From Candidatus Moraniibacteriota bacterium (lineage in GTDB: Bacteria > Patescibacteriota > Minisyncoccia > Moranbacterales > UBA1568): 64,000 nt of DNA. Every line of letters starts with the position of its first letter. Position 1 is the stretch's first letter. The stretch spans positions 67,871 through 131,870 of the forward strand of contig JAHFOO010000001.1 of NCBI GenBank assembly GCA_023261645.1, in the 5' to 3' direction. The translations under genes were made by a program, and so were the position numbers. Shown here piece after piece: positions 9,668 to 17,562 of this stretch. Under the pieces are notes generated by a model that ran no database searches, had not been told where the DNA came from, and saw only the letters and a program-made list of their open reading frames with translations.

Positions 9668-9681
9668 TTATTGAAAAACGT

Positions 9682-10854
9682 ATGTCATTTTCATTTTTTT
9701 CAAAAGACAAACCGACTGCTCGAGAAACTGCCGGGAATACAGTGGCTCCTTCTGCTGTACGGACGATGAGAGATGATATTGAGGCTATCAAAAACGGAAC
9801 AGATGAGACGACTTTCAAAGAGACTGCTCGTGGAGAAGCAAGCGTATCCTTCGTTTCAAACATCCCGTCAAAACCACCCATCAATCCGGTAAGTAAAGAA
9901 GAAAATCCATTTCGGGAATATGTCGAAGATGGAGGGCGAACAGAAAATCCGTTTGGAGTTGCTTCCAAACTGAAAAAACCTGTTCCTGGAGTATTTTCGC
10001 AGACAACCAATACAAAAAGTGGTGTCACTCCGATGATAATTGAAGGAGAGATGATTTTGGATCAGCCTACAGGGAAAAGGAGCATATTTATCATAGGCGG
10101 TATGGTAATAGTCATACTCCTCCTTGTTTCGGCCGGAGGATATTATTATTTTTTTGTTGCCGGCAAACAGGCGGCAAAACCTATAGTGCCGGAGAATATC
10201 GCTCAAAAATACCCCCCGAAGGTGGCGGAGGACATTCCAAAAGAGCTTCCGTATGCTTTGGATAAAGCAAATTATCTTTCAATAAACACCGAAGTGGTAT
10301 CCTCGGCAGATATCCAGAAGATTCTTCTCCAAGTCGCTTCTCGAATCAAAGAGTCTTCCACAACGAAACCGGTTGAATTTTTGATAACAGATCAGAATAA
10401 TAATCCAATCGCATTCAATCGTTTTGCATTCCTCCTTAAACTCGAAATCACTCCGGACATACTCGCTCTTATCGATGAGACGTTTTCTTTGTATGTATAC
10501 AATGATGCTGGGAATGTGCGCCTCGGACTTGATTTGCAGTTGAAAGATCAGACAGTAGCCCTTTCAGCTATTCCAAAAATAGAGAGTACGCTCCCATACG
10601 CTTTTCGGGCGCTTATTTTGGATCAAAATGTGAATATCGCCAAAGCCATACCATTCAAATCAAATACGTATAGTCCTCGTTTACGGACGATATCCGGTCA
10701 AGATAAGACTTCCGATAAGCAAATCCCTTTGCGTTATGCGAATATTGATGTCGGTTATGATTGGTCGATGGATTATGCTCTGACAAATAATCACTGGTAT
10801 ATAGGAATGAGCAAGAATACGTTACGAGTTCTTTTGGACACACTTGTAAAATGA
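9682..10854 (+). CDS. hypothetical membrane-anchored protein (390 aa)
   Basis: Disordered N-terminus, single TM (IFIIGGMVIVILLLVSAGGYYYFFVAG), ~230-aa C-terminal domain. Confidence 0.45.
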   Translation: MSFSFFSKDKPTARETAGNTVAPSAVRTMRDDIEAIKNGTDETTFKETARGEASVSFVSNIPSKPPINPVSKEENPFREYVEDGGRTENPFGVASKLKKPVPGVFSQTTNTKSGVTPMIIEGEMILDQPTGKRSIFIIGGMVIVILLLVSAGGYYYFFVAGKQAAKPIVPENIAQKYPPKVAEDIPKELPYALDKANYLSINTEVVSSADIQKILLQVASRIKESSTTKPVEFLITDQNNNPIAFNRFAFLLKLEITPDILALIDETFSLYVYNDAGNVRLGLDLQLKDQTVALSAIPKIESTLPYAFRALILDQNVNIAKAIPFKSNTYSPRLRTISGQDKTSDKQIPLRYANIDVGYDWSMDYALTNNHWYIGMSKNTLRVLLDTLVK

Positions 10855-11741
10855 TGGCTTATCCGAAGCAAGATAAGAGAAGATAAGAAAGTAATTTATT
10901 TATTTTTTGAGAGTTGGAAAAAAACAAACTATTCTTTTGCCATCAAGGAGCGTGGAAAGACTTGAAACAAGGCAATAAACAGTATCCCTGATTGACCAAG
11001 ACCATTTTTCCTGCTATAATGAGTTTGTAAGTAGATGAACTTTGACAATTTTCCTTCATTGCCTCCGATTCTTTTCGGATAGCAAACCGTTTTCGAACGG
11101 TGAAAGAGTTTCTTATCATAATTCCCATTTTGTTATGGGAAATTAGGAGAAGAGACTCTTTCACTGTTCAAGTGTTTCGACAATGTATCGAGACCGCCTC
11201 GCCCTAACACGAGGACCAAAACAAAAACAAAAGAAGTTTACTCCTGAAAAATAAAAAAACTAGGAGAAAAACAAAAAGAAACAAAAAATCGTTCTTTCAA
11301 AAAAAACAAAGGCTACGTGCCAGAGAACGGTGAAGGGAGAAGTAGTTGAACGTTAGGACAACTGCAAAAACTGGTGCAAGTGCACAAATTACAGGAATGA
11401 TCAATGGATTACCACGCTTTCTCACCCGAAGCTACGTAACCGACATACCTGTTGGCACATGCAAGTTCGGGCGTTACAGCCAAGTATTTATTTATTGGGC
11501 GTCGTAACGCCCGACACCAACATTCTTATGGTGATCGGGCAAGCAGAAAGAAGATAATAATGGCTTAGAAGGCCGTTTTTTTGTTGTTTGTCTATGCGGA
11601 AGCATAGGTATAAACAACAAACCCCGCGAACCCAACCTTCATATAATAAAAAGGATGGTTGTTAAGAGCGAATTATTTTAAAATAAGAGGTCATATATTT
11701 GTGTCGGTTCTGCGGGGTCTTTACCTTTGATATTTTCTGAC

Positions 11742-11909
11742 CACAAGCAACCTCCCCGGGAGCCGTTCGTTCACCCAGCGGTGAACTTCTCTTATGAAGC
11801 TTTTTCGATCCGTCGAAGACGACGGCACCCTGCCTACCGGCAGGCAGGCATGCTCACTTGTCCGCCGTAGGCGGGAAAAAAGCTCAAACCTCCCGGGAAG
11901 ATTCTTGTG
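11742..11909 (+). ncRNA. candidate structured RNA or repeat element, copy 2, with a ~45-nt GC-rich insertion
   Basis: Collinear with 6937-7065. Helices show covariation: CCCGGGAG/CTCCCGGG, GTTCACC/GGTGAAC, CCGTCG/CGACGG. Insertion TGCCTACCGGCAGGCAGGCATGCTCACTTGTCCGCCGTAGGCGGG lies after ACGGCACCC. Confidence 0.45.
11828..11848. repeat. GC-rich palindromic repeat, family 1 (CCTGCCTRCCGGYAGGCAGG)
   Basis: The same near-palindrome recurs at 14758-14780 and 45499-45520. Confidence 0.6.
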
Positions 11910-11958
11910 GCAGAAAATATCCTCACCTTCTGTTTATTTGATGTGATATCATATACAT

Positions 11959-12348
11959 ATGGGTACATTTTTCGTGCAATCGAAAATCGGATCTCTCGGT
12001 GAAGACCTCGGATGTCGCTATTTGCGAGAAAAAGGTTACAAAATCCTTCAAATGAATTATTGCAATGCATCTGGGCGTCGGTTGGGAGAAATTGACATTG
12101 TGGCTCAGAAAGGGAAAGAGCTGATTTTTGTGGAAGTGAAAACACGTCTGAGTACGGAAAAAAACGATATTGTGCCGGAAGCAGGCATTACTCGGGCAAA
12201 ATTACACAAATTGGAACGCATTGTCGCTTGTTATTTGAGAGAGAAGAATTGTCAGTCGGTCGCATATCATTTTGATGCCTTGGCTATCGTGTACGATGAG
12301 GTCACGAAGAAAGCCTTTATTCGTCACCTGGAGCATATTTTTTTGTAG
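11959..12348 (+). CDS. yraN: YraN/UPF0102 family endonuclease
   Basis: GEDLGCRYLREKGYKILQMNY...GEIDIVAQKGKELIFVEVKTR is the canonical UPF0102 signature. Confidence 0.8.
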   Translation: MGTFFVQSKIGSLGEDLGCRYLREKGYKILQMNYCNASGRRLGEIDIVAQKGKELIFVEVKTRLSTEKNDIVPEAGITRAKLHKLERIVACYLREKNCQSVAYHFDALAIVYDEVTKKAFIRHLEHIFL

Positions 12349-12411
12349 ACAGAAACTCGGTTTTTTGCTATACTGGAAGAGTGGAGGAATAATTTTTTTG
12401 AGTACAACCGT

Positions 12412-12756
12412 ATGGCACTTGATGAAAATACTTTGGCAGTATTGAAAGAGAATCTTTTAAAAGAAAAAACCCGTTTGGAGGATGGACTTTCTGTTTTCGC
12501 CAAATCTACCGGAGTACCTGGTGATTATGAAACTCAGATGGAAGTCATCGGTACCGATATGGATGACAATGCTACTGAAGTAGAAGAGTATGTCGGTAAT
12601 CTCGGTTTGGAGGCGAACCTCGAAGCTCAACTCAAAGACGTAAATGATGCTTTGGACAAGATGAGCAAAGGAACATACGGAGTGTGCGAGATAACAGGGG
12701 AAGAAATAAACAGAGATCGTTTGAAAGCATATCCTGCGGCTCGTACGGCACTTTAG
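12412..12756 (+). CDS. DksA/TraR family protein (degenerate zinc finger)
   Basis: C-terminal GTYGVCEITGEEINRDRLKAYPAART resembles the DksA/TraR signature, with one Cys only. Coiled-coil N-terminus. Confidence 0.55.
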   Translation: MALDENTLAVLKENLLKEKTRLEDGLSVFAKSTGVPGDYETQMEVIGTDMDDNATEVEEYVGNLGLEANLEAQLKDVNDALDKMSKGTYGVCEITGEEINRDRLKAYPAARTAL

Positions 12757-12778
12757 TTCGTAATCGAATGATTTTTTT

Positions 12779-13189
12779 ATGAGGTTGCAGAAAGTATTTT
12801 TGTCGATGCTTTTGGTGGCCTTTTTTCTTTGTCTACAATTCTTGATACGCTCTTTCGTTGTTACGACAGCGTATGCTGGAGCACTCTGTAATGATGGCGG
12901 AGCATTTGGGATCCTACTCCCGGGATGGTTGTTTGTTTTTGTCGATTCTCTGGTAGTGATCGCGATGGCGATGATGTGGTCGAGAGACAGAAACCACACC
13001 TTTGGATGGCCATGGATTTTCATCTTGTCTGGCGGGCTGGGGAATCTTTTGGAGCGTGTACTGTTTGGTTGTATTATGGATTATGGGACAGTACTATTCC
13101 TTCCCGTGTTCAATATTGCGGATGTATTATTGACGATAGGAGTGACAGGTATTTTATTTTCTTGGTATATCGATGATAAGAAAGATTAA
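12779..13189 (+). CDS. lspA: lipoprotein signal peptidase II
   Basis: NDGGAFG, GGLGNLLER and FNIAD motifs with four TM helices. Confidence 0.8.
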   Translation: MRLQKVFLSMLLVAFFLCLQFLIRSFVVTTAYAGALCNDGGAFGILLPGWLFVFVDSLVVIAMAMMWSRDRNHTFGWPWIFILSGGLGNLLERVLFGCIMDYGTVLFLPVFNIADVLLTIGVTGILFSWYIDDKKD

Positions 13190-13200
13190 AATAAAAAGTT

Positions 13201-13335
13201 ATGTCGGCTAAAGTATTTTCTGCGACGACCCTTGGATTGGAAAGTGTTTCTGTGGAAGTGGAAGTCGATGTTCTCTCTGCCGGACTTCATATGTTCACGC
13301 TGGTCGGTTTGCCAGATACGTCCATCAAAGAATCA
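13201..13335 (+). other. comM: ComM/YifB N-terminal fragment (45 codons) ending at in-frame TGA 13336-13338
   Basis: MSAKVFSATTLGLESVSVEVEVDVLSAGLHMFTLVGLPDTSIKES* aligns to E. coli YifB residues 1-46 (…TMVGLPETTVKEAR). Confidence 0.6.
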
Positions 13336-13398
13336 TGAGATCGAGTCAGCGCTGCTCTGAAAAACAGTGGTTTCAAGCCACCACACCAATGTGGTCGC

Positions 13399-14724
13399 GT
13401 GACGGTCAATCTTGCTCCAGCTGATTTACCCAAGAATACTCCGATCTATGATTTGCCGATGGCACTCGGATTTCTTGTGGCGACAGAACAACTTTCATTC
13501 GATTATCGGAAGAAACTTTTTATCGGCGAGTTGGCGCTCGATGGCACCGTACGTCGCGTGCAGGGCGTATTGCCGATTGCTCTCTATGCCAAAGAAAAAG
13601 GATTCGAAGAGATATATGTTCCGGAAGAAAACACGTATGAGGCCGGACTCGTCTTGGGTATCGATGTCATCCCCGTGAAGAATCTTTTTGATGTTGCGAA
13701 ACATTTGAGTGGTGAAAAACGGATAGAATCTTTCGTACGGGAAGAAATAGTTTTTTCTACGGAAGAATATGAGGGACTGGATATGTCATACGTGCTCGGT
13801 CAAGAGCATGCCAAGCGTGCGCTCGAAATCGCTGCCGCAGGAGGACACAATACGCTCTTTATCGGACCACCTGGATCAGGGAAGACACTTCTTGCGAAGA
13901 CGCTCCCGACTATTCTACCGAAACTCGATCTGGAAGAGAGTTTGGAAATCACCAAAATATTTTCTATTGCCGGACGACTGCTCAAAGACAAGGCACTCAT
14001 TATGACGCGACCGTTCCGCTCTCCGCATCATTCGGCCAGTGCCGTATCATTGGTAGGAGGAGGCTCCTTTCCGAAGCCGGGAGAAATCAGTCTGGCTCAT
14101 AGAGGAGTATTGTTCCTGGATGAGTTTGCGGAATTTTCACGGGCAGTTCTGGAGAATCTCCGTCAACCGCTCGAAGATGGCGAAATCACCGTCTCTCGAG
14201 CCAAAGGATCGCTTCATTTTCCAGCGCGTTTTATGTTGGTCGCTGCGATGAATCCCTGCCCATGCGGACACGCGGGAGATCCTGAGCGGATATGTGCCTG
14301 TTCACCGTATCAGGTGGTTCGGTATCGTCAGAAAATCTCCGGGCCGATCCTCGATCGTATCGATCTGCATATTGATGTACCACGTGTGAAATTCGACAAG
14401 CTTGAAGGCAAAGAAACCGGCACAGAGAAAAGCAGTGCTATCAGAGCGCGGGTAGAGAGTGCTCGTGCGATACAGAAAGAACGTTTTATGAAAAAAGGAT
14501 GTCGCACCAATGCCGAGATGACGAGTCATATGGTGAAGGAGTTCTGTGCTTTGAATGATGAAACACGAGAAATTCTCCGTAGCGCCGTGACAACATTGAA
14601 ACTCTCCGCACGAGCGTATATGAGGATACTGAAAGTGGCGCGGACGATTGCTGATCTGGCAGAAGCTCCATCTATCGGTGTGCCACATCTGACCGAGGCA
14701 CTCCAATATCGATATAAGGAATAA
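13399..14724 (+). CDS. comM: Mg-chelatase-like AAA+ protein ComM/YifB (body; GTG start as in the ORF track)
   Basis: VNLAPADLPK, LGQEHAKRALEIAAAGGHNTLFIGPPGSGKT and RPFRSPHHSAS motifs. In frame with the upstream fragment. Confidence 0.85.
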   Translation: MTVNLAPADLPKNTPIYDLPMALGFLVATEQLSFDYRKKLFIGELALDGTVRRVQGVLPIALYAKEKGFEEIYVPEENTYEAGLVLGIDVIPVKNLFDVAKHLSGEKRIESFVREEIVFSTEEYEGLDMSYVLGQEHAKRALEIAAAGGHNTLFIGPPGSGKTLLAKTLPTILPKLDLEESLEITKIFSIAGRLLKDKALIMTRPFRSPHHSASAVSLVGGGSFPKPGEISLAHRGVLFLDEFAEFSRAVLENLRQPLEDGEITVSRAKGSLHFPARFMLVAAMNPCPCGHAGDPERICACSPYQVVRYRQKISGPILDRIDLHIDVPRVKFDKLEGKETGTEKSSAIRARVESARAIQKERFMKKGCRTNAEMTSHMVKEFCALNDETREILRSAVTTLKLSARAYMRILKVARTIADLAEAPSIGVPHLTEALQYRYKE

Positions 14725-14757
14725 CGGGTATTTACCCGATTTTACCGGCACTCGCTC

Positions 14758-14780
14758 GCCTGCCTGCCGGTAGGCAGGGT
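14758..14780. repeat. GC-rich palindromic repeat, family 1
   Basis: CGCCTGCCTGCCGGTAGGCAGGG immediately downstream of comM. Neighbouring hairpins CGGGTAtttaCCCG and AGAGACAC..GTGTCTCT. Confidence 0.6.
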
Positions 14781-14817
14781 TTAGTAATAAAAAAGAGACA
14801 CAATGATTATCGTGTCT

Positions 14818-15225
14818 CTATGAGTGAAAGAGGAATTCCTCCACGATCACTCTGAATGCGTCTCCGTGAGTAAGTGTGTCTGCGATATCATCTGCATAGA
14901 GATCGCGGATGACAGTTGCCACTATCGTAAAAGAACTTCTGTTTCGTACGTCCGCAAAGGTCGTCTCTTTCTGTTTGTTTGCCCAATTCCTTTCTGTGAT
15001 GAGAAAAAATCGCACATCCGGTACTATCATTTCCGTGAGTGCCTGTAATTCCTTCGCTGTGATACCTTTGGCTTGCAAGGCCGACGTTATCTGTCCTCGC
15101 TCCTTGAAATTCCTTTTGGCGAGAGCATAGCGCAGGCGTTCTTCCAAGACTTTGATGGCCTCGAGTCGCTGTTCTTTCCTTTCCTTCATTTCCCGAAGAA
15201 TTTCTTTTGGATGAGGAATGTTCAT
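14818..15225 (-). CDS. hypothetical protein (136 aa)
   Basis: ATG at 15225 is preceded by AAAGGAG 7 nt upstream. The longer track ORF has no RBS support. No domain recognised. Confidence 0.45.
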   Translation of the reverse strand: MNIPHPKEILREMKERKEQRLEAIKVLEERLRYALAKRNFKERGQITSALQAKGITAKELQALTEMIVPDVRFFLITERNWANKQKETTFADVRNRSSFTIVATVIRDLYADDIADTLTHGDAFRVIVEEFLFHS

Positions 15226-15396
15226 TGGGAGCTCCTTTCTTGAATCTACGGACATCCTACACGATTTTGGGATGAGATGCAAAAAGAGGGAAAGAGGGTA
15301 TGGAACAGGGCTTTCGGCTGAAAACGAGACCAAAGCTGTCATATTCCGTGAATAATGAGGGGATGCTACACTGAGAGGACAAGAATATGACAAGGA

Positions 15397-16386
15397 ATGA
15401 TGATGAAAATTATGAGTCGAGAAGCAAGAGGAAGAAGAAAAAGAGGGAGAAGGATTATTTCTGTCTTGGCGATAGTGCTATTTTTCGGTTTCGTGTATTT
15501 CAATTATTTTCGAAAAGAAAAGAGTGAGGAATGGAATAGGAATCTTGAAAAAATAGTCACCGTTTCCGATGGCAGATTGGATTTTTCTTTTGCAGAAGTT
15601 TCTGAAAAAACGGTAGGAGAATTCTTGGATGCAAGAAAGCTATCGCTTCGGGAAGGTGACAGTATTTTCCCCAGTGAAGAAGCACCACTTTTTTCCGGAA
15701 CACATATCATTATCGGACGAGCTCATCTTATGAAAGTTGCGGTTGATGGCGGAGAGCAGATACTGCATACGCAGGCGATGACAGTAGGGCAGGCATTAGA
15801 AGAGAGCGCTCTTGTGATAGATGAAGATGATATCGTGAAACCAAGTCGTGACACGTTTGCAGAGAGTGATATGAGAGTCGTGATTATACGAGTACAGATA
15901 GAAGAAGTGTCTGTCGAGAAACCGATCGCATTCGAGAAAAAAACGAACGAAGACGACAAGCTTTCTTGGCGGAAAAACATCGTGACGCAGAAGGGAGAAG
16001 ATGGAATACAGAAACTCATCTACAAGGTGAGCAGATATGATGGCAAGGAAGTAAACCGGAAATTGCTCGATACGGAAGTTATCAAAGAACCGACTCCTCA
16101 GATATCGACACAGGGAACGTACGTGAAGCTCGGCAAGAGCCACACGGGCGGAGCTTCGTGGTATGCTTACACAGGGACAATGTCGGCAGCCAACCCGTGG
16201 CTTCCTTTGGGAAGCTTCGTCAAAGTGACCAACACGGAGAACGGAAAAAGTGTCATTGTAAAGATCAATGATCGCGGACCGTTCGTGAAGAGCCGTATCA
16301 TCGATCTCGACAAGGTGGCATTCGCAAAGATCGCTTCCGTCGGAGCCGGTGTCATCAATGTAAAAATGGAAGAAATCACCAACTAG
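15397..16386 (+). CDS. DUF348-G5-RlpA-like (YabE-like) cell-wall binding / lytic transglycosylase protein
   Basis: N-terminal TM, central G5 domain, C-terminal double-psi beta-barrel (GGASWYAYTG...NDRGPF...IIDLDKVAFAKI). Confidence 0.7.
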   Translation: MMMKIMSREARGRRKRGRRIISVLAIVLFFGFVYFNYFRKEKSEEWNRNLEKIVTVSDGRLDFSFAEVSEKTVGEFLDARKLSLREGDSIFPSEEAPLFSGTHIIIGRAHLMKVAVDGGEQILHTQAMTVGQALEESALVIDEDDIVKPSRDTFAESDMRVVIIRVQIEEVSVEKPIAFEKKTNEDDKLSWRKNIVTQKGEDGIQKLIYKVSRYDGKEVNRKLLDTEVIKEPTPQISTQGTYVKLGKSHTGGASWYAYTGTMSAANPWLPLGSFVKVTNTENGKSVIVKINDRGPFVKSRIIDLDKVAFAKIASVGAGVINVKMEEITN

Positions 16387-16484
16387 TGTCACGAGTACCT
16401 CTTCGGCAGTTGGACTGATGAGTAGTCGATGAGCGTTCAGAGAGGAGGAAGAGAAGAGAGGAATATATATAGTATGAATACAAT

Positions 16485-17279
16485 ATGAAAAAAATAGTTG
16501 CGAAAAAATCATTGGGACAGAATTTCCTTCAGGATGAAGAAATCATTGAGAGGATTTTCGATGTGGCGGAAGTGACTTCGGGCGACTGGGTGTTCGAAAT
16601 CGGTCCTGGAACAGGAGTACTCACATTTCGTTTGGTGGATCGGGCAGAAAAAATACTGGCCATTGAGCTCGACCATCAACTGGTGACACGTCTCCAGGAC
16701 CAGTTCATCGATTCGAAAAGTGTGTCCATTCTCGAGGGGAACATCCTTGATGTTGATTTGAAAGAATTGCTCGAAACATCGGGTTTTTCCGAACACCCCT
16801 ACAAGATTATCGCCAATATCCCATATTACATCACTGCACCGATTATTCGGACGCTTCTTTCACTCACATACCAGCCTGTATCGATGACGCTTATGGTGCA
16901 GGATGCGGTGGCGGATCGGTTGGCTGCAGAGCCGGGGGATATGTCACTCCTTTCTCTTATGGCACAGTACTATGCGACGGTAGAGAAGAAATTTTTCGTA
17001 TCGAAAGAAGCGTTCGATCCCGTGCCGAAAGTGAATAGCGCAGTGATTCAGATTATTCCGAGGAGGGCGTATGATCCCGAGGAAGACCGCAAAGTATTTC
17101 GTTTGGCTCGTGCCGGATTTTCCGCTCGTCGCAAGACACTGGCGAACAATCTTTCTTCCAGCCTCAGTGTTCCGAAAGAAATAGTGGAAGCAAAATTAGC
17201 AGAGCTTGGTTTACGAAAAGATATCCGCGCACAAGCGCTCTCTGTCACTGACTGGGAAAATTTACAGAAGATTTTTTGA
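16485..17279 (+). CDS. rsmA: 16S rRNA (adenine1518/1519-N6)-dimethyltransferase
   Basis: SLGQNFLQD, FEIGPGTGVLT and ANIPYYITAPII motifs. Confidence 0.9.
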   Translation: MKKIVAKKSLGQNFLQDEEIIERIFDVAEVTSGDWVFEIGPGTGVLTFRLVDRAEKILAIELDHQLVTRLQDQFIDSKSVSILEGNILDVDLKELLETSGFSEHPYKIIANIPYYITAPIIRTLLSLTYQPVSMTLMVQDAVADRLAAEPGDMSLLSLMAQYYATVEKKFFVSKEAFDPVPKVNSAVIQIIPRRAYDPEEDRKVFRLARAGFSARRKTLANNLSSSLSVPKEIVEAKLAELGLRKDIRAQALSVTDWENLQKIF

Positions 17280-17406
17280 ACTTTCAATAATTCTTTTTGT
17301 TCTTTTCAATATGATTGTTCGCCAGCCAAAAATAATCTTTCGTCTCTGCTCCAGACTCACCGGCCTTCTTTACTCGCTAAAAATATTCCCTCACTCTACG
17401 GCATCC

Positions 17407-17442
17407 CCGCCCGCAACGCATTCGCGTAGCGATTCGGGCAGG
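17407..17442. repeat. GC-rich inverted-repeat element, family 2 (GCCCGCCCGCA…TTCGGGCAGGC), filled site
   Basis: Flanks match the uninterrupted paralogous site at 59941-59978. Confidence 0.55.
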
Positions 17443-17562
17443 CATAGGAAATTTTTAGAGTAAAGAAAGCCGTTTCAGACAAGTAGAACAACCATCAAAA
17501 AATTCTTTTGTCTGTTGAACCTAAGGGAAGCAGAAGTTGCAGTTCAAGTACGATGGAAAGCT

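Larger units (their letters stand above)
10855..11958. other. 1.1-kb noncoding island with multiple stable hairpins
   Basis: No ORF of 60 aa or more with coding character. Nested hairpins around 11060-11160 (GTGAAAGAGT...ACTCTTTCAC enclosing ATTCCCAT..ATGGGAAAT). CGGGCGTTAC...GTAACGCCCG at 11463-11512. Contains structured-element copy 2 and a GC palindrome. Confidence 0.4.

Noticed and set aside
10855-11958. RNase P RNA, tmRNA, SRP RNA or tRNA genes in the large noncoding island
   Set aside because: Universal motifs are absent by eye: GGAAAGUCCGG / ACAGAARCCGGCUUA for RNase P, a tRNA-like acceptor/T-arm with CCA for tmRNA, GGAAGCAGC domain IV for SRP, GGUUCGAAUCC T-loops for tRNA. A divergent RNA cannot be excluded without a covariance-model search.
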